From Octopus sinensis (taxonomy: Eukaryota), in the NCBI RefSeq assembly GCF_006345805.1, contig NC_043005.1, forward strand, positions 14,632,001 to 14,696,000: DNA of 64,000 bases. Reading direction: 5' to 3'. The translations under genes were made by a program, and so were the position numbers. A model generated the notes under the pieces. The model had not been told where the DNA came from. It made no database searches and was given only the letters and a program-made list of their open reading frames with translations. Shown in pieces: positions 10,590-24,129 of this stretch (its first letter is position 1; every line of letters begins with the position of its first letter).

Positions 10590-13105
10590 ATTATTTTGTA
10601 AAAGTTTTGTTTATCCTAATTTTTAAAGAGTTTATTATGCAAATTTTCGCGCCGACTCCGAAAATGATCTAACTTTTTCTCTACTATTGACCGTTGTTGA
10701 GATATATCAAGTTACACTAATTATTAACAAATATAATGTTTAAGGAAAGACCATCTGCTCATTTTTATCCAAAATTTGGGCTAGCTAAAGAAAATCGTGG
10801 TTTTAGTTTAATGTAAGCCTCTAATGAATGACCAGTGATAAGCGACTCCACTTTTCATGGTGTCTGACAGGTACGCTAATTTCACTTTGGTCTGATAAAA
10901 TTGATGGACTCCCCTCCCTTCTGTTGTAGAGGGACAGTTCGCTACGGTGTAGATTGATATAGTACTAATACTTTTTCTTTCAGCTCCGTATTGTGAATAT
11001 TATTCTAAACTAGCAGTATCGCCCGGCGTTGCTCAGGTTTGTAAGGGAAATAACTATAAAGCATTTTTAGAGAGTTATAGCCAAAAAATAGCAAAAAAAT
11101 GGAAAAAAATGATGGTAAATTTTTTTTTGATAGTTAAAAAAGGTGGAGTTGCGTCCCCTACACAGTTTGTGGTTTGTGTTCCTGATTCTCGACCCCATGT
11201 CGAATTTATCGATTTTTTTTCAGAACTGGGAGAACTTTTCAAAATTTTCGCTGCGTTAGTTTTGAATTATGACATTGGGCTATGTGTGTGTCAAGTTTCA
11301 TCAGAATCGGTTGAAAGCCGTGGTCAGAGTGAGGGTACAAGCAAACAGACACACAGAAACACGCACAGACAAACTGCCGTTTATATCGAGAGAGAGATTT
11401 TCTTGACCATGGCTACTAGAGGATTCAAAACTTCACCAGATTATTTCTGTAATATATGCGAATACGTGTTGGAACAAGGCATGTATCTCATAAAATCGTG
11501 AAAGGTGCCAAGTTCCAGATCGCTTATAGACTCTACGTTGAAAGGAATTTGGGTGATCGAAATAAGCCTTGGACTCCCTCCATGTAATATGTGGAAGTTG
11601 TCGATCAAATTTAGAAGGATGGTTAAGAGGTGCAAGAAGAGCCATGCCTTTTGTTATTCCAAGAGTATGGCGAGAGCCAAAACACAATCACGGCGACTGC
11701 TATTTTTGCATGATTGATGAAACAAAGTCCAGAAACGTTAAAGGAAGACAAACACTTCAGTATCCCAGCATACCATCCTCTATTGTACCTATGTCTAACA
11801 AGTTACTGTACCACAACCACCAGAAAATTTAAAATCCATATACTAGATAAAATAGTCAAAATTCAAAGGTTCAAAACATTTAGCTCAGTTTTCTTTTAAT
11901 GCTATGGTTACTAATAAAATTCATATTCTAGTTTAAGTTATTATATCCAAACATTTTAACTTTCAGGGAGAAGATACTACGAAAGTGTTATCAGGAGAGT
12001 TCGAAGGTAGCAGCAACCAAGAAATGGATGAAGCGTTCAAGCCAAGAATGAGTACTCGCTTACATTCTCCAAATCAACGCGAACTGGATGATCTCACCAG
12101 GGACTTAGACCTACCAAAGTCAGGAGCTGAACTTTGAGCACCCAGGCTGAAGAAATGGAATTTATTGGGGGAAGAATGCTAATCAACAGTGTACAGGAAC
12201 GACATGAGGATATTTGTGAAGATCTCTGTTTCTGCAAATATATAAATGGCTTGTTTGCAGCTATTGGAATTGATCATGATCCAAAAGAATGGCGACTTTT
12301 AATAGATTGCTCAGCAAGAAGCCTCAAAGCAGTTTTACTGCACAATGGAAATCAGTATTGATCTTTACCTATCGCATACTCTGTGCAGATGAAAGAAGAA
12401 TATGAAAATGTCAAAAAGCTTTTTCAGAAAGTAAACTACGCGGGATGTTTGTGGTAATTTTAAGATGCTTGTCTTCTTGCTTGGATTGCAGGGTGGATAC
12501 ACAAACTATTCATGCTTTCTTTGTCTATGGCAGCAGAGCTGATCCTGAACATTAGCAGAAGGTTGTCTGGCCCCCACGAAATAATATGCAGCCAGGAAAG
12601 CAAAATGTTATAAGACAACCTCTTGTAGATCCTGCCAAGGTTTTGTTACCTCTACTTCACATAAAACTGGGTTTCGTCAAACAGTCCGTGAAGGCCTCAG
12701 ATCATGGTGGAGAAGCCTTTCAAGAAATTCGTTTACTCTTTCCAAAGCTATCTGAGGCAAAGGTTAAGGGCGGAATTTTTACTGGATTGCAAATAAGGAC
12801 ATTGTTGAGGCCAGAGAAACTTGAATAGGCAATGAGTGGTGTCGAAAGAGAGGCATGGTGTACATATGGTGGTTCATGGTTTCGTAGGTAACAAAAATAT
12901 TACTTGATTGATATTGGCACACAATGTAATAAGGCCAATAAAGCATTACCGCAACAAAGCATTTTTTCTTCTAATATAAAACCACGATTTCCTCTTAAAA
13001 TATCAATAGCAGGCAAAATCTATGGGTATTTTTGAAATGAGGAGAAGAAAAGCACCAAGACACATTGAGAAAAATTTAGAAAAGCAAAACTGGTTTTACA
13101 CCGTG
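10590..13105 (+). mobile_element. Decayed DNA transposon, probably CMC/Chapaev3-like
   Basis: Broken transposase from ATG 11409: SPDYFCNIC, LHVICGSC, WREPKHNHGDCYFC, EWRLLIDCSARSLKAVLLHNGN, LHIKLGFVKQ, KLSEAKVKGGIFTG. Right end CACCGTG (13099-13105). Subterminal inverted aaatcgtggtttt (~10793) / aaaaccacgattt (~12979). The superfamily call is from recalled motif similarity. Confidence 0.65.
11010..11397 (-). mobile_element. Non-autonomous Helitron
   Basis: Minus strand A|TC...CTAG|T with subterminal GC hairpin (plus-strand actagcagtatcgcccggcgttgctc); same family as 27708 and 53673. Confidence 0.8.
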
Positions 13106-14269
13106 TTTTTTTTTTAGAGAATTTTGATAGTTAACCAATAGACATATTAAAATTGTTTGCAGTATTTTGTGTTACAATTGATGAAAATACGAATGTGAGT
13201 CGTGTAACACACAACTTGAAGTTTGTACATGAAAAGTAGATGAAAGTATGCATGCAACAGAAGTTTTTGTGAAATTGTGATCTTAGAAGAGAACATAAAG
13301 AAGAAATGGCATCTTTAGATAAAATAGGTGTTGATTACGCGTAAAATGTGAACGCTTTTACTGACGGAACACCGCAAATACTGGTCAGAAAAGCTAGCGT
13401 GGCAACAAAATTAACGGGAAAACTATAACTTGTCATCAAAAACCATTGATTTTATGTTAACTGTATCATACATAGGGAAGTGTTGTGCAGCAAACTATTA
13501 AAGATGGATGATGTCGTAGGTATTGTTATAAAGGCAAGAGTACTCACATAATATTTGGCCTCGTTTCATAATAGATGAGTTTGACACTCTTGCCACAGAT
13601 GTTATGAAGTTCGTTGACCCAGCTGTAAAATAAGTATTGTTGGTGATATAGTTTACCATTGTAGCAGCCACTGTTCCAAGGTTACTCGTTATTCAGAGAT
13701 GGCGATAGTTGATTTTGATGGAATGCATTTTAAAATGTTTGCTATTTGGTATGTGCAATTTTAGATGATAGCTCAGTAACATTCTGAAGGAGCTGGATCA
13801 GACGCTTACTGATGTTTTTTTCAGGCTTTAGTGATGAGTGAACTTTACATAGAAGAATGCATTATTTAAGATAATAATTCTAGAAAAGAATATAACGAGA
13901 AATGATTTCCCCTGAACTTATCAGTTATTCATGAAAATCAATAATTATATTCATAGACAGGTATCGACTGGACCCCCTTCTCTCTCTCTTCCTTTCTCTT
14001 CCTCTCTCTCTCTCTTCCTATCTCTCCCTTCCTCTCTCTTTCCCTTCCTCTCTCTCTCTCTCTTCCTATCTCTCCCTTCCTCTCTCTTTCCCTTCCTCTC
14101 TCTCTCTCTTTCTCAAGAAAAACAAAAATGCTCGTATTTTGCCTAAATCGGAAACCAATGTACACAGATAGGATATAGTACTTATTTTCAAACATAATCT
14201 GAACTGAAGCATTTAAGTTAGATATTAAGTGATGGTTATGCAAACCTCATAGACTCTGAGGGGTTAGTG

Positions 14270-14505
14270 TTTACCTATTTCTTTACTACCCACAAGGGGC
14301 TAAACACAGAGGAGACAAACAAGGACAGACAAATGGATTAAGTCGATTACATCGACCCCAGTGCGTAACTGGTACTTAATTTATCGACCCCGAAAGGATG
14401 AAAGGCAAAGTCGACCTTGGCGGATTTGAACTCAGAACGTAACGGCAGACGAAATACGGCTACGCATTTCGCCCGGTGTGCTAACGCTTCTGCCAGCTCG
14501 CCGCC
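14270..14505 (-). mobile_element. tRNA-derived SINE (young, CpG-intact)
   Basis: Reverse complement of ggcggcgagctggcagaagcgttagc...ctttcatcctttcggggtcgataaattaagtaccag. Confidence 0.85.
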
Positions 14506-14688
14506 TGAGGGGTTAGTGTTTAATGTCCTTTTCATGGCGTCATACTGGAGAATATAGTGCTCTGGCAAGAAATATCACGAGCCATCTACTGTAATACATT
14601 TGCTATACATAATTAACTTGCTGAGTGCGCATCTACACATCAAATTACAGATATTTATTTTACGAGATGCAAAACTAGTTTTTCTTAC

Positions 14689-14784
14689 AGGGGGAATGGG
14701 TATTCAACAGAATCAGTCATAGTTTGGAATGGACGTTTTAACATCAACGAATGTATGAAAAATAAGATTGAACATTTGAACTGA
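14689..14784. other. Candidate exon with ambiguous strand
   Basis: Plus: ttttcttacag| then open GNGYSTESVIVWNGRFNINECMKNKIEHLN*. Minus: tttccctcag| (14780) to |gtaaga (14689), open FKCSILFFIHSLMLKRPFQTMTDSVEYPFP. Confidence 0.35.
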
Positions 14785-15103
14785 GGGAAACGAGATTAAA
14801 TATTGAAAGCACCCATTCATGTGAAAAAAACTACTTTAAAAATACTATACGCATACGTAACCTGGAAATCTTGTGAGGAATCCATTTTTCTGTAAGAATC
14901 TCTCCCATCGCTACATGACCAGACGTTTCCAGGGAAACAAGTGTATTTGTTGAATGAATCATTGTCTCCACTAAAGTGCATTTGAGTGAATCAACTCTTA
15001 AAGGTGAAAGACAAACTCATATATCCAGGATTTTACGTACGTACGTACATACATACACACATACATACGTTCATAATACATACATTCATACATACATACA
15101 TAC

Positions 15104-16090
15104 AACATCTTTTAATCACCAAGCGTCGAAGTGTATCTCTTGACCAAGTTTGCATACATGAAGCTGATAACATCATAAGACTTGGAAGGCAGCTCCTTGA
15201 GCAACACTCTTTGTCTGATAACCTAGAATACATGCCCAAAGAAGTCGCACGACTCTACCGCTACATATCATCAGATGAACGGATGAGCCTGTATGAGCAG
15301 AAGACTATGCATGGATATGTTAGTAGAAATCTCCGTGATGATAGAAACATCGATCACCAAAGCAGTCTATCATGGACGAATAGCTGGATTATTACCTCCC
15401 ACTTTGAAGGGTATACATTTGCAATCCAAGAGCAGGAAATATCAACAAAGTACCTGATGCACGAGAGGGATAGAGATGCGGGAAAAGCCGTAAAATGCGA
15501 CAACCGATGCAGACTTTGTGGAGATATCACCCACATCATAAGCAGATGTCCGAAAATGTCATCACGGTATTACCTACCGATGAGACATGACGTTGTAACT
15601 AGGACACTCTATAACGAAATCCGTCGGAAGGATAATCCCGAGGACAAAGGAATAAAAACCCACAATATAGTAGAAGCCATAGCCACTCATAATGAAAAGG
15701 AATACTGGTGGAATGTACACGTGAAGACCTCAATAAAATGTACGCACAACAGACCTTATATAAAGAATTGGGACAGAGAAGAGAAACTGTGCGTAGTTGT
15801 GGAAATTAGCTGCCCAGCGGATGTTAACATAAGGCTGAAGATCAGTGAAAAAGAGAGCACCTGTGCTGAACTATTGAGAAATCTACAGTTACTCTAGCCA
15901 GATTACAAGTTCAGGTTTATACCTGTAATTATTGGGGCACTGGGATATGTAACACACCAACTAAATACCAATCTTGAGAAATTAGGCTTCTCAAAACCAG
16001 AAAGGAGAAAGTTAATTCGATGGCTACAGATCCAATTAATCACTGGAACTGTAAAAATCTGAAAAACTTTCCAGAAGTTTATCATTTAAG
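15104..16090 (+). mobile_element. 5'-truncated R4/Dong-like non-LTR retrotransposon (CCHC finger + RLE endonuclease)
   Basis: CRLCGDITHIISRCPKMSSRYYLPMRHD zinc knuckle; NRPYIKNWD...VVVEISCP endonuclease with the PD aspartate changed to Y; stop at 15897, frame resumes with FIPVIIGALG; (CATA)n on both sides. Confidence 0.88.
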
Positions 16091-16223
16091 TATATATATG
16101 AGAATGTCTACATATGCAACTATATGCATGAGAATACATACATAAAACAAAACATACAAATTTGCACATCCATCCATCCATCCATCCATCCATCCATCCA
16201 TCCATCCATCCATCCATCCATCC

Positions 16224-16254
<31 letters not shown>

Positions 16255-16284
16255 CATACATACATACATACATACATACATACA

Positions 16285-17718
16285 TGTTGGCATCCTTTTT
16301 GTCTCGGGAGACAATGGAGTTGCGCATAAAGTAGTCTAGTCCGGCTTTTACATTTCATGTCCTGATACATTTCCTGCTGTGGCTGTGTAGACCTATCCTG
16401 GACAAACACTCCCTCTGGCAGGTACCGCAAATGTAGCGAAGACTATTCCTGGCTGGTTGTAGTGTCATAGTTTCTTGTTGACGTCTTTTCTTGTCTTTCC
16501 ATTTCTCCTCTCTCTCTCTCTGTCACTCCTTTGTATTCCCTCTTTTACGGTACGTCGCCAGTCTCCACGGTTGCCGGCAACTGCCTCCCAACCGCTAATA
16601 TTGATGTTGCAGGCCTTCATGTCCCTTTTGCAAACATCCTTGTAACGTAAGATCGGTCTACCCATAGACCTAGTACCCCTAGCAAGCTCTCCGTAGAGTA
16701 TGTCCTTGGGGATTCTGCCATCTTTCATACGGCTAACATGCCCAAGCCATCTCATACGTCGTTGTGTGAGGAGTGCAAACACGCTCAGTGCCTCCTGATG
16801 GCGGTTCTATTGAGGAGAGTAGTGAGTTTCTCACTGCAAAGCCAACGCCATGTTGACGAGGTTCTTCTGGATCGCTTCCCTGCCAAAAGAAGGTGAAATC
16901 CTGCTCTTTGAGTTTGCCGTTTGAGGGAAGTCTTGTCTCCTGCAGCCCAGCAATATCTATGTTGAGCCTCTTTAGTTCACGGTCAATGATGGCCGTTTTC
17001 CTTGTGTCTTCAATCCTGAGTAGATCATCAGATATTCCAGGACACATGGTCCTGACATTCCAGCTTGCCAACCGCAGGACTGGTGTTTTCTTGACTTTTA
17101 GTTGTTTGCCTGGTGCAGAGGTTGCAGGCCGCTTTTCAAGTCATACTCTTAGCTCCAAGCACCCAATGGAGCAGGCGGCCTGTGGCGGGTCAGCACCTTA
17201 TTAACTGGGGGCTGCCCAGCTTGAGGTGGGCAGTAGCTAACCAATAGGACACGGAGGTCCCTCCCACCGTCAGAGGTAACCCGTAGCGCCCATATTTTAC
17301 GCCAATCTGAATGGACTTATCACTCGTGACTGTTACCTCCCGTGTTGTTTCTGCAGCTTTTTACAGCAGCACTGAAGTGTCCTCTCCAGTTTTGCGCAGG
17401 CCTGGGCTATAGATAAGAAAGTCCTGGGTAGCCCAATCGTCAGGTTTCCTCTCTCGACCTGGCTGATGTAGTCCAAAGGAGTGCAGTGCATTACGTTTGG
17501 CACCAGCTTGGTTGCAGGAGCTGCCGGAAGAGTGTCGAGTCGAACACTAGACCGCCTTCGGGACTCCACTCCGGATTTCTTTGAAGGTTGTCTCCTTTCC
17601 GTAACCCTGGATAGGGGCCCATACCGGGTACTGTCAGCCGGAGCCAGCTGAGCCCGGAACTCGTGTCAGGCAGGGTCGTCACTCCCTGAAGTAGTGAAGA
17701 AGTTCGCTACCCACTACC

Positions 17719-17721
<3 letters not shown>
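16285..17721 (-). mobile_element. Internally deleted RTE-clade LINE (5' UTR + APE start fused to RT C-terminus + 3' end)
   Basis: ASWNVRT...LQETRL...FFWQG...HGVGFAVRN joined at ~16785 to FALLTQRRMRWLGHVSRM...GRP; 3' end ccattgtctcccgagacaaaaaggatgcc; (CATA)n flanks. Confidence 0.88.
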
Positions 17722-17750
<29 letters not shown>

Positions 17751-17752
17751 CA

Positions 17753-17784
<32 letters not shown>

Positions 17785-18206
17785 AGGAAACAAATAAATT
17801 AATAAATAGGGTCAACTGTTTGATTTTAAAATCAGATCTATGCATCAATTAGTATTCAGCACTATTGATCTTTTCCCCTTCTTTTGTTCCCTATTCTCGA
17901 TAACTATGTGGACTATTATGTGACGAGATCGATGCATTTGATCTAACGTAGAATAAAATTTCTATCCAGAAATACAACGAAATGCCTGCAATGGATTTAA
18001 TTTAATAACTTTATCGATTTAGTCATTCCGGTTCTACTGAAAATAGTTGAAATACTGGGAATATTATGGAATACAGGTAATGCAGAACAACCTATAATAG
18101 AGGGCGGGTAGAATATTTGGAATGTAGGACGGGTAGAATAATTTTGAATGCAGGCCATGAAGGATTATCTGATGGCTGTGTAGAATCATTACAAAATAAG
18201 TTAGAG

Positions 18207-18522
18207 CAGAGGTTCTCAAACATTTTGGGTCACCCCCCCCCCCCTCATAGCCACATAATACCCTCAGCGCCTCCACCCGTATTTTATTTATAAATAGATA
18301 TTTTATATTTTACTAATTTATATATATACTATGAATCATTTGATATTTAATATAATATTACACAATTTGTATACAGTATTATGATAAATTCATAGCGTCC
18401 CCCAATCCACTGCCTTTCTCCCAACGCCCCTTTTTCTCTATTGCCCCCTTAGGCACCAGCGCGCACATGGACCATCTCAATGCCCACCAGGGGGCGGTAG
18501 CGCCAACTTTTGAGAACTTCTG
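18207..18522. mobile_element. hAT MITE with 8-bp TSD
   Basis: TIR cagaggttctcaaa / tttgagaacttctg; flanks agttagag / agttcgag (7 of 8 match). Confidence 0.8.
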
Positions 18523-18670
18523 AGTTCGAGCGATAATTGCTGAAATAATGACTTTGAACAAAAATTACTCTTGACCAAAATATACGGTCATTTACTTATA
18601 CAGGAGTGAAATTAATCACCGAGTATTTTTCCTCAATTTTATTAGAATTCACAATGGAATCAATATTTAC

Positions 18671-18780
18671 CATACCACAGCCTGGCTGGGGAGCTCATCC
18701 AGCGCAGACTTGTCTTTCCCTCAAAAGGAACTAAACACTCAGTACCGAAAATTAACGACTTACTCTTCATTCTGTCACTG
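18671..18780 (-). CDS. Candidate coding exon 3 of an unidentified minus-strand gene (SDRMKSKSLIFGTECLVPFEGKTSLRWMSSPARLWY)
   Basis: Acceptor tctctcttctataag|, donor ATG|GTAAAT; single open frame, phase 2 to 1, matching the 18962-19061 exon. Confidence 0.45.
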
Positions 18781-18961
18781 CTTATAGAAGAGAGATACGC
18801 TATGCTGTAGTATCTATTTACTGCTAATTGCACCGGGTTGTTTGATGATTGTGTTGACCATAGATCGACACAAGAGAATACGAACCGTCGACCTCGCTTA
18901 GTTATCCAGCACTTTCTCTAGCAGTACGTTCTCGGCTCGGCCACTCGCATTCTCTACTTAC

Positions 18962-19061
18962 GTGTATTGCCGAAGCTTATTTAACCAAGCCTCACAGCCG
19001 AAGTGCAAAATTGATATCAATTCAGAGTTGCAACACTGCAATTGAAATTTAAGCAGTTTGG
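18962..19061 (-). CDS. Candidate coding exon 2 (KLLKFQLQCCNSELISILHFGCEAWLNKLRQY)
   Basis: Acceptor tttttatttgtcatag|, donor CAC|GTAAGT; open, phase 1 to 2. Confidence 0.45.
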
Positions 19062-19223
19062 CTATGACAAATAAAAACTAGTTTGAAATAATGCAATTCG
19101 TGTGTCAGAGTTGGTTGATTGAATATTGAGGCACACTAGCGTAGCAAGAGTATGTGCCGCTCGGGGCGGCTCTTCCGTTCCCCCGCCCCACGACCCCTAC
19201 CTAGCTACATTAGTGTGGTGACA

Positions 19224-19559
19224 TCTCTCTCTATATATTAATGGCAAAATGTCTGCGTGTGTGTCCTTTATACAAATCCACAATTTTTCAGTTAGAGAGC
19301 TCACACTTTCTATGGTCATTCAAAACCGTCAGAGGGTGGTCATGCACATCTTTACATTTCCCCAGTCATCCCGCAAATCCATTAAAAAATCAATAGAAGC
19401 GACTTTTTGTGAATTTTCTATCCAAAACCCAATCAAAATGCTCGAAACTTGATACGCCAATTGAATGCCATCTAGCTGTATGTGATTGGTCGGAGATTTG
19501 GACAGTACTCGTGTGTATGTGCGCATGCGCGCAGCTGTATATGCATGCACTACTGCTAG
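19224..19559 (+). mobile_element. Non-autonomous Helitron
   Basis: A|TCTCTCTCTATATA ... gtgcgcatgcgcgc palindromic segment ... CTAG|T. Confidence 0.75.
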
Positions 19560-20288
19560 TACTGTTTATTAGCCAAAGGCTTTAATTCAGAACTGTGAAA
19601 AGGGATAAATCACTGCACTCAAATATTTTGTCAATGTCACTGTCCTAAGATAAAATAAGTATTTGTAATGATTTCAATGTAGTTTGATCAAAATCATATA
19701 CTAAATTTAATTGCGCAATTAATGGAAACAACAGGAAATAGGATATTAATTATACAAAAACGTACTTCTGGATAATTATCCATTGAGAAAGTTTTTAATA
19801 AACTCGTTCCTGTTTTTAAGGACCGATATCTAAGTCTTGGGTCGAAAATGTACAATAAAAAGAAAAAAATTAAGCTACTAAATGTTTCGTACCTAAAATA
19901 GATAATTATAAACAAAAAGGATACAGATATAAAATTATAAATCATTAGAATTAGAGACGAGAATTTTGGGCTAATAACACTCGAGTTTTCTATTCCTTTG
20001 GGGTCAATATGCTTAGGTACCTTTTCCAAATTGATTAATTACAGTTGATTCAGACATTTGCTGTCTCTGAACTAAGTTCTCATACCCCACACCCACACAT
20101 ACACCTGGTATTCGAGTGTGTGGAACTCATTAAGGAGTCGAGTGCGTTGTGAACACACGTTCCTCTTAATAGAGAAGTTATTCTCCCGTGACGAAACACG
20201 ACACCGATTTGCATATGCACGTTCGAAAGTGCTCGAACATATTGAGAATGAATATGCCAGTTATCGCATATACTTACATTTCTTTTAA

Positions 20289-20697
<409 letters not shown>

Positions 20698-21094
20698 ATG
20701 CTGGTGCATTATAGAAGAGGGATCATAGTCATTTTAAGAGCATTTTATATCAACGCCGGCCAAACTGCTTCTAAACCCTCTATGTGCAGCTCCCTATATA
20801 ATATTAGTAATACATGCAGCGATATCTCACCTAAAAAACTTTAACGTCCTTCAAGCAAGTTTTTAAAATATTAACTGCAAAAATGAATAGTCAGAAAAAG
20901 CCTCCAAGAAGCAGCTATTAACCAATATCCGTAATCATTATATAATAGGAAGTAAAATTATGTAGCGGTATATTTTCTTATTTATAAAAACGTAAAAAGT
21001 TGGAAGATATGCTACAAAGCATTTTGTCCGGTGGAATAACGATTCTGTCAACTCATTGCATTCTTGTAACTTAATACACAACGACGGGTTACTC

Positions 21095-21445
21095 TTTTTT
21101 ACTCTTTTACTTGTTTCAGTCATTTGACTGCGGCCATGCTGGAGCACTGCCTTTAGTCGAGCAAATCGACCCCGGGACTTATTCTTTGTAAGCCTAGTAC
21201 TTATTCTATCGGTCTTTTTTGCCGAACCGCTAAGTTACGGGGACATAAACACACCAACATCGGTTGTCAAGCGATGTTGGGGGGACAAACACAAACACAC
21301 ACACATATATATACATATATACGACGGGTTTCTTTCAGTTTCCGTCTACCAAATCTCACTCACAAGGCTTTGGTCGGCCCGAGTGAGAATGAACCCGGGA
21401 CCATGTGGTTGGTAAGCAAGCTACTTATTACACAGCTACTCCTGC
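21095..21445 (-). mobile_element. tRNA-derived SINE (CA-containing family)
   Basis: Same body as 8125-8510. Confidence 0.8.
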
Positions 21446-21479
21446 ATAATTATATGGAGTAACTTTACATAAAGAAGTG

Positions 21480-21640
21480 GAGCTTACTACTTCCTGTAAG
21501 TCAAACCTCCTCAATGGTCCCAGGAGACAAAACTGGAAAGGCGTTGCCTCGGAGGATGGCGAGAGATGTGAGCTATAAGAGCCTCTCTTACTCACGGGGC
21601 TCGCGCTTAGGGACAGCCATCTCCGCCCCGATCGATATAT
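21480..21640. promoter_or_regulatory. CpG-rich putative promoter / first-exon region
   Basis: CpG-dense non-repeat segment; GC box ggggcggag on the minus strand; two opposed ATG + GTGAG micro-exons (21556-21567 plus, 21596-21620 minus). Confidence 0.4.
21596..21620 (-). CDS. Candidate first coding exon MAVPKREP
   Basis: ggcggagATGG start context, donor CCC|GTGAGT; phase 1 matches exon 18962-19061. Confidence 0.4.
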
Positions 21641-21840
21641 TATTTTAAAAAATATAATGCAGCTCTGGAACGGTGAAAAAAAAATCATTTGTGACTCTTC
21701 TTATCAAACAACTTAGCCATCTCTGGTAGTATATATATACTGTAGAACAGTGGTTCCCAACCTTTTCACAATGATATGATTCCCAGCCCTTTTATTTAAA
21801 TGAGTCTTCCTACGGCCCCCTTATAATATGCTTGTCCTGT

Positions 21841-21921
<81 letters not shown>

Positions 21922-21923
<2 letters not shown>

Positions 21924-22148
21924 GGAGTAAACACATAAAGTGTGAAACAAGGTGGAAAAAAGAGTACTCAAATACCAGTGGCAGAGTAATATGCTTTATT
22001 TAAAGCAGCAGAAAATTCAACAAAACCTGTTACTCTGAGTTTCCCGTTTCCGTTCGTCGGACAGATTCTAGCAAAAACTGTCCGACGAACGGAAACGGGA
22101 AACTCAGAGTAACAGGTTTTGTTGAATTTTCTGCTGCTTTAATAAAGT
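21922..22148. mobile_element. PLE-like terminal repeat as an inverted pair (64-bp perfect arms) inside (TA)n
   Basis: 22001-22064 is the exact reverse complement of 22078-22141; each arm carries a hammerhead-like motif; related solo copy at 24128-24222. Confidence 0.75.
22078..22115 (+). ncRNA. Hammerhead-like motif with CCGACGA core variant
   Basis: cugu-CCGACGA-acg(gaaa)cgg-GAAA-cuc(a)gag-UA-acag; stem I cugu/acag. Confidence 0.55.
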
Positions 22149-22150
22149 AT

Positions 22151-22183
<33 letters not shown>

Positions 22184-22199
22184 TATATAATATATATAT

Positions 22200-22234
<35 letters not shown>

Positions 22235-22287
22235 GTATGTGTGTATGTATGCATGTATGTATGTATGTATGTATGTATGTATGTATA

Positions 22288-23716
<1,429 letters not shown>

Positions 23717-24078
23717 TATGAAATTTTGAATTTAGTTCATGGACACCCGTACTACTTTTGCGGACCACCAGGGGTCCGCTGGCTCCAGGCCGGGAACCAC
23801 TGTTACAGAATATCAACAAATTTTGTCATTTATAGTGGATCTAGAGATGTTTCAGCTACAGATTGGCCCAGGCCATGTCTAACTTAATACCACACACACA
23901 CACACACACGCGCGCACGCACACACACACACACACACACACATGTGCATGTATAGATATGTATGTGTATTTGTGTGTATATATATATTATACTACATATA
24001 TATCTATATAAGTAACTACCTATGTACATATATGTATATATAATATACATACACACATACATATGAAGATATATATAT

Positions 24079-24127
<49 letters not shown>

Positions 24128-24129
<2 letters not shown>

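Larger units (their letters stand above)
10060..13560 (+). mobile_element. Decayed hAT (GTF2IRD2/Buster-like) transposase, split by a Chapaev-like element
   Basis: FFVKVNGNP (10174-10200), RHYTAAHA, KPFPEG before the insertion; VTIDENT, TDGTPQI, HREVLCSKLLKMDDVVGIVIK after 13105. Many stops. Confidence 0.7.

Noticed and set aside
17100-17721. HDV-like or twister ribozyme in the RTE 5' UTR
   Set aside because: Only a P4-like hairpin (caggt/acctg) could be found by eye; P1, P1.1, P2 and P3 could not be assigned.
19694-20029. 111-aa minus ORF
   Set aside because: Very AT-rich (F/I/L/K biased), with no convincing splice boundaries or motifs.
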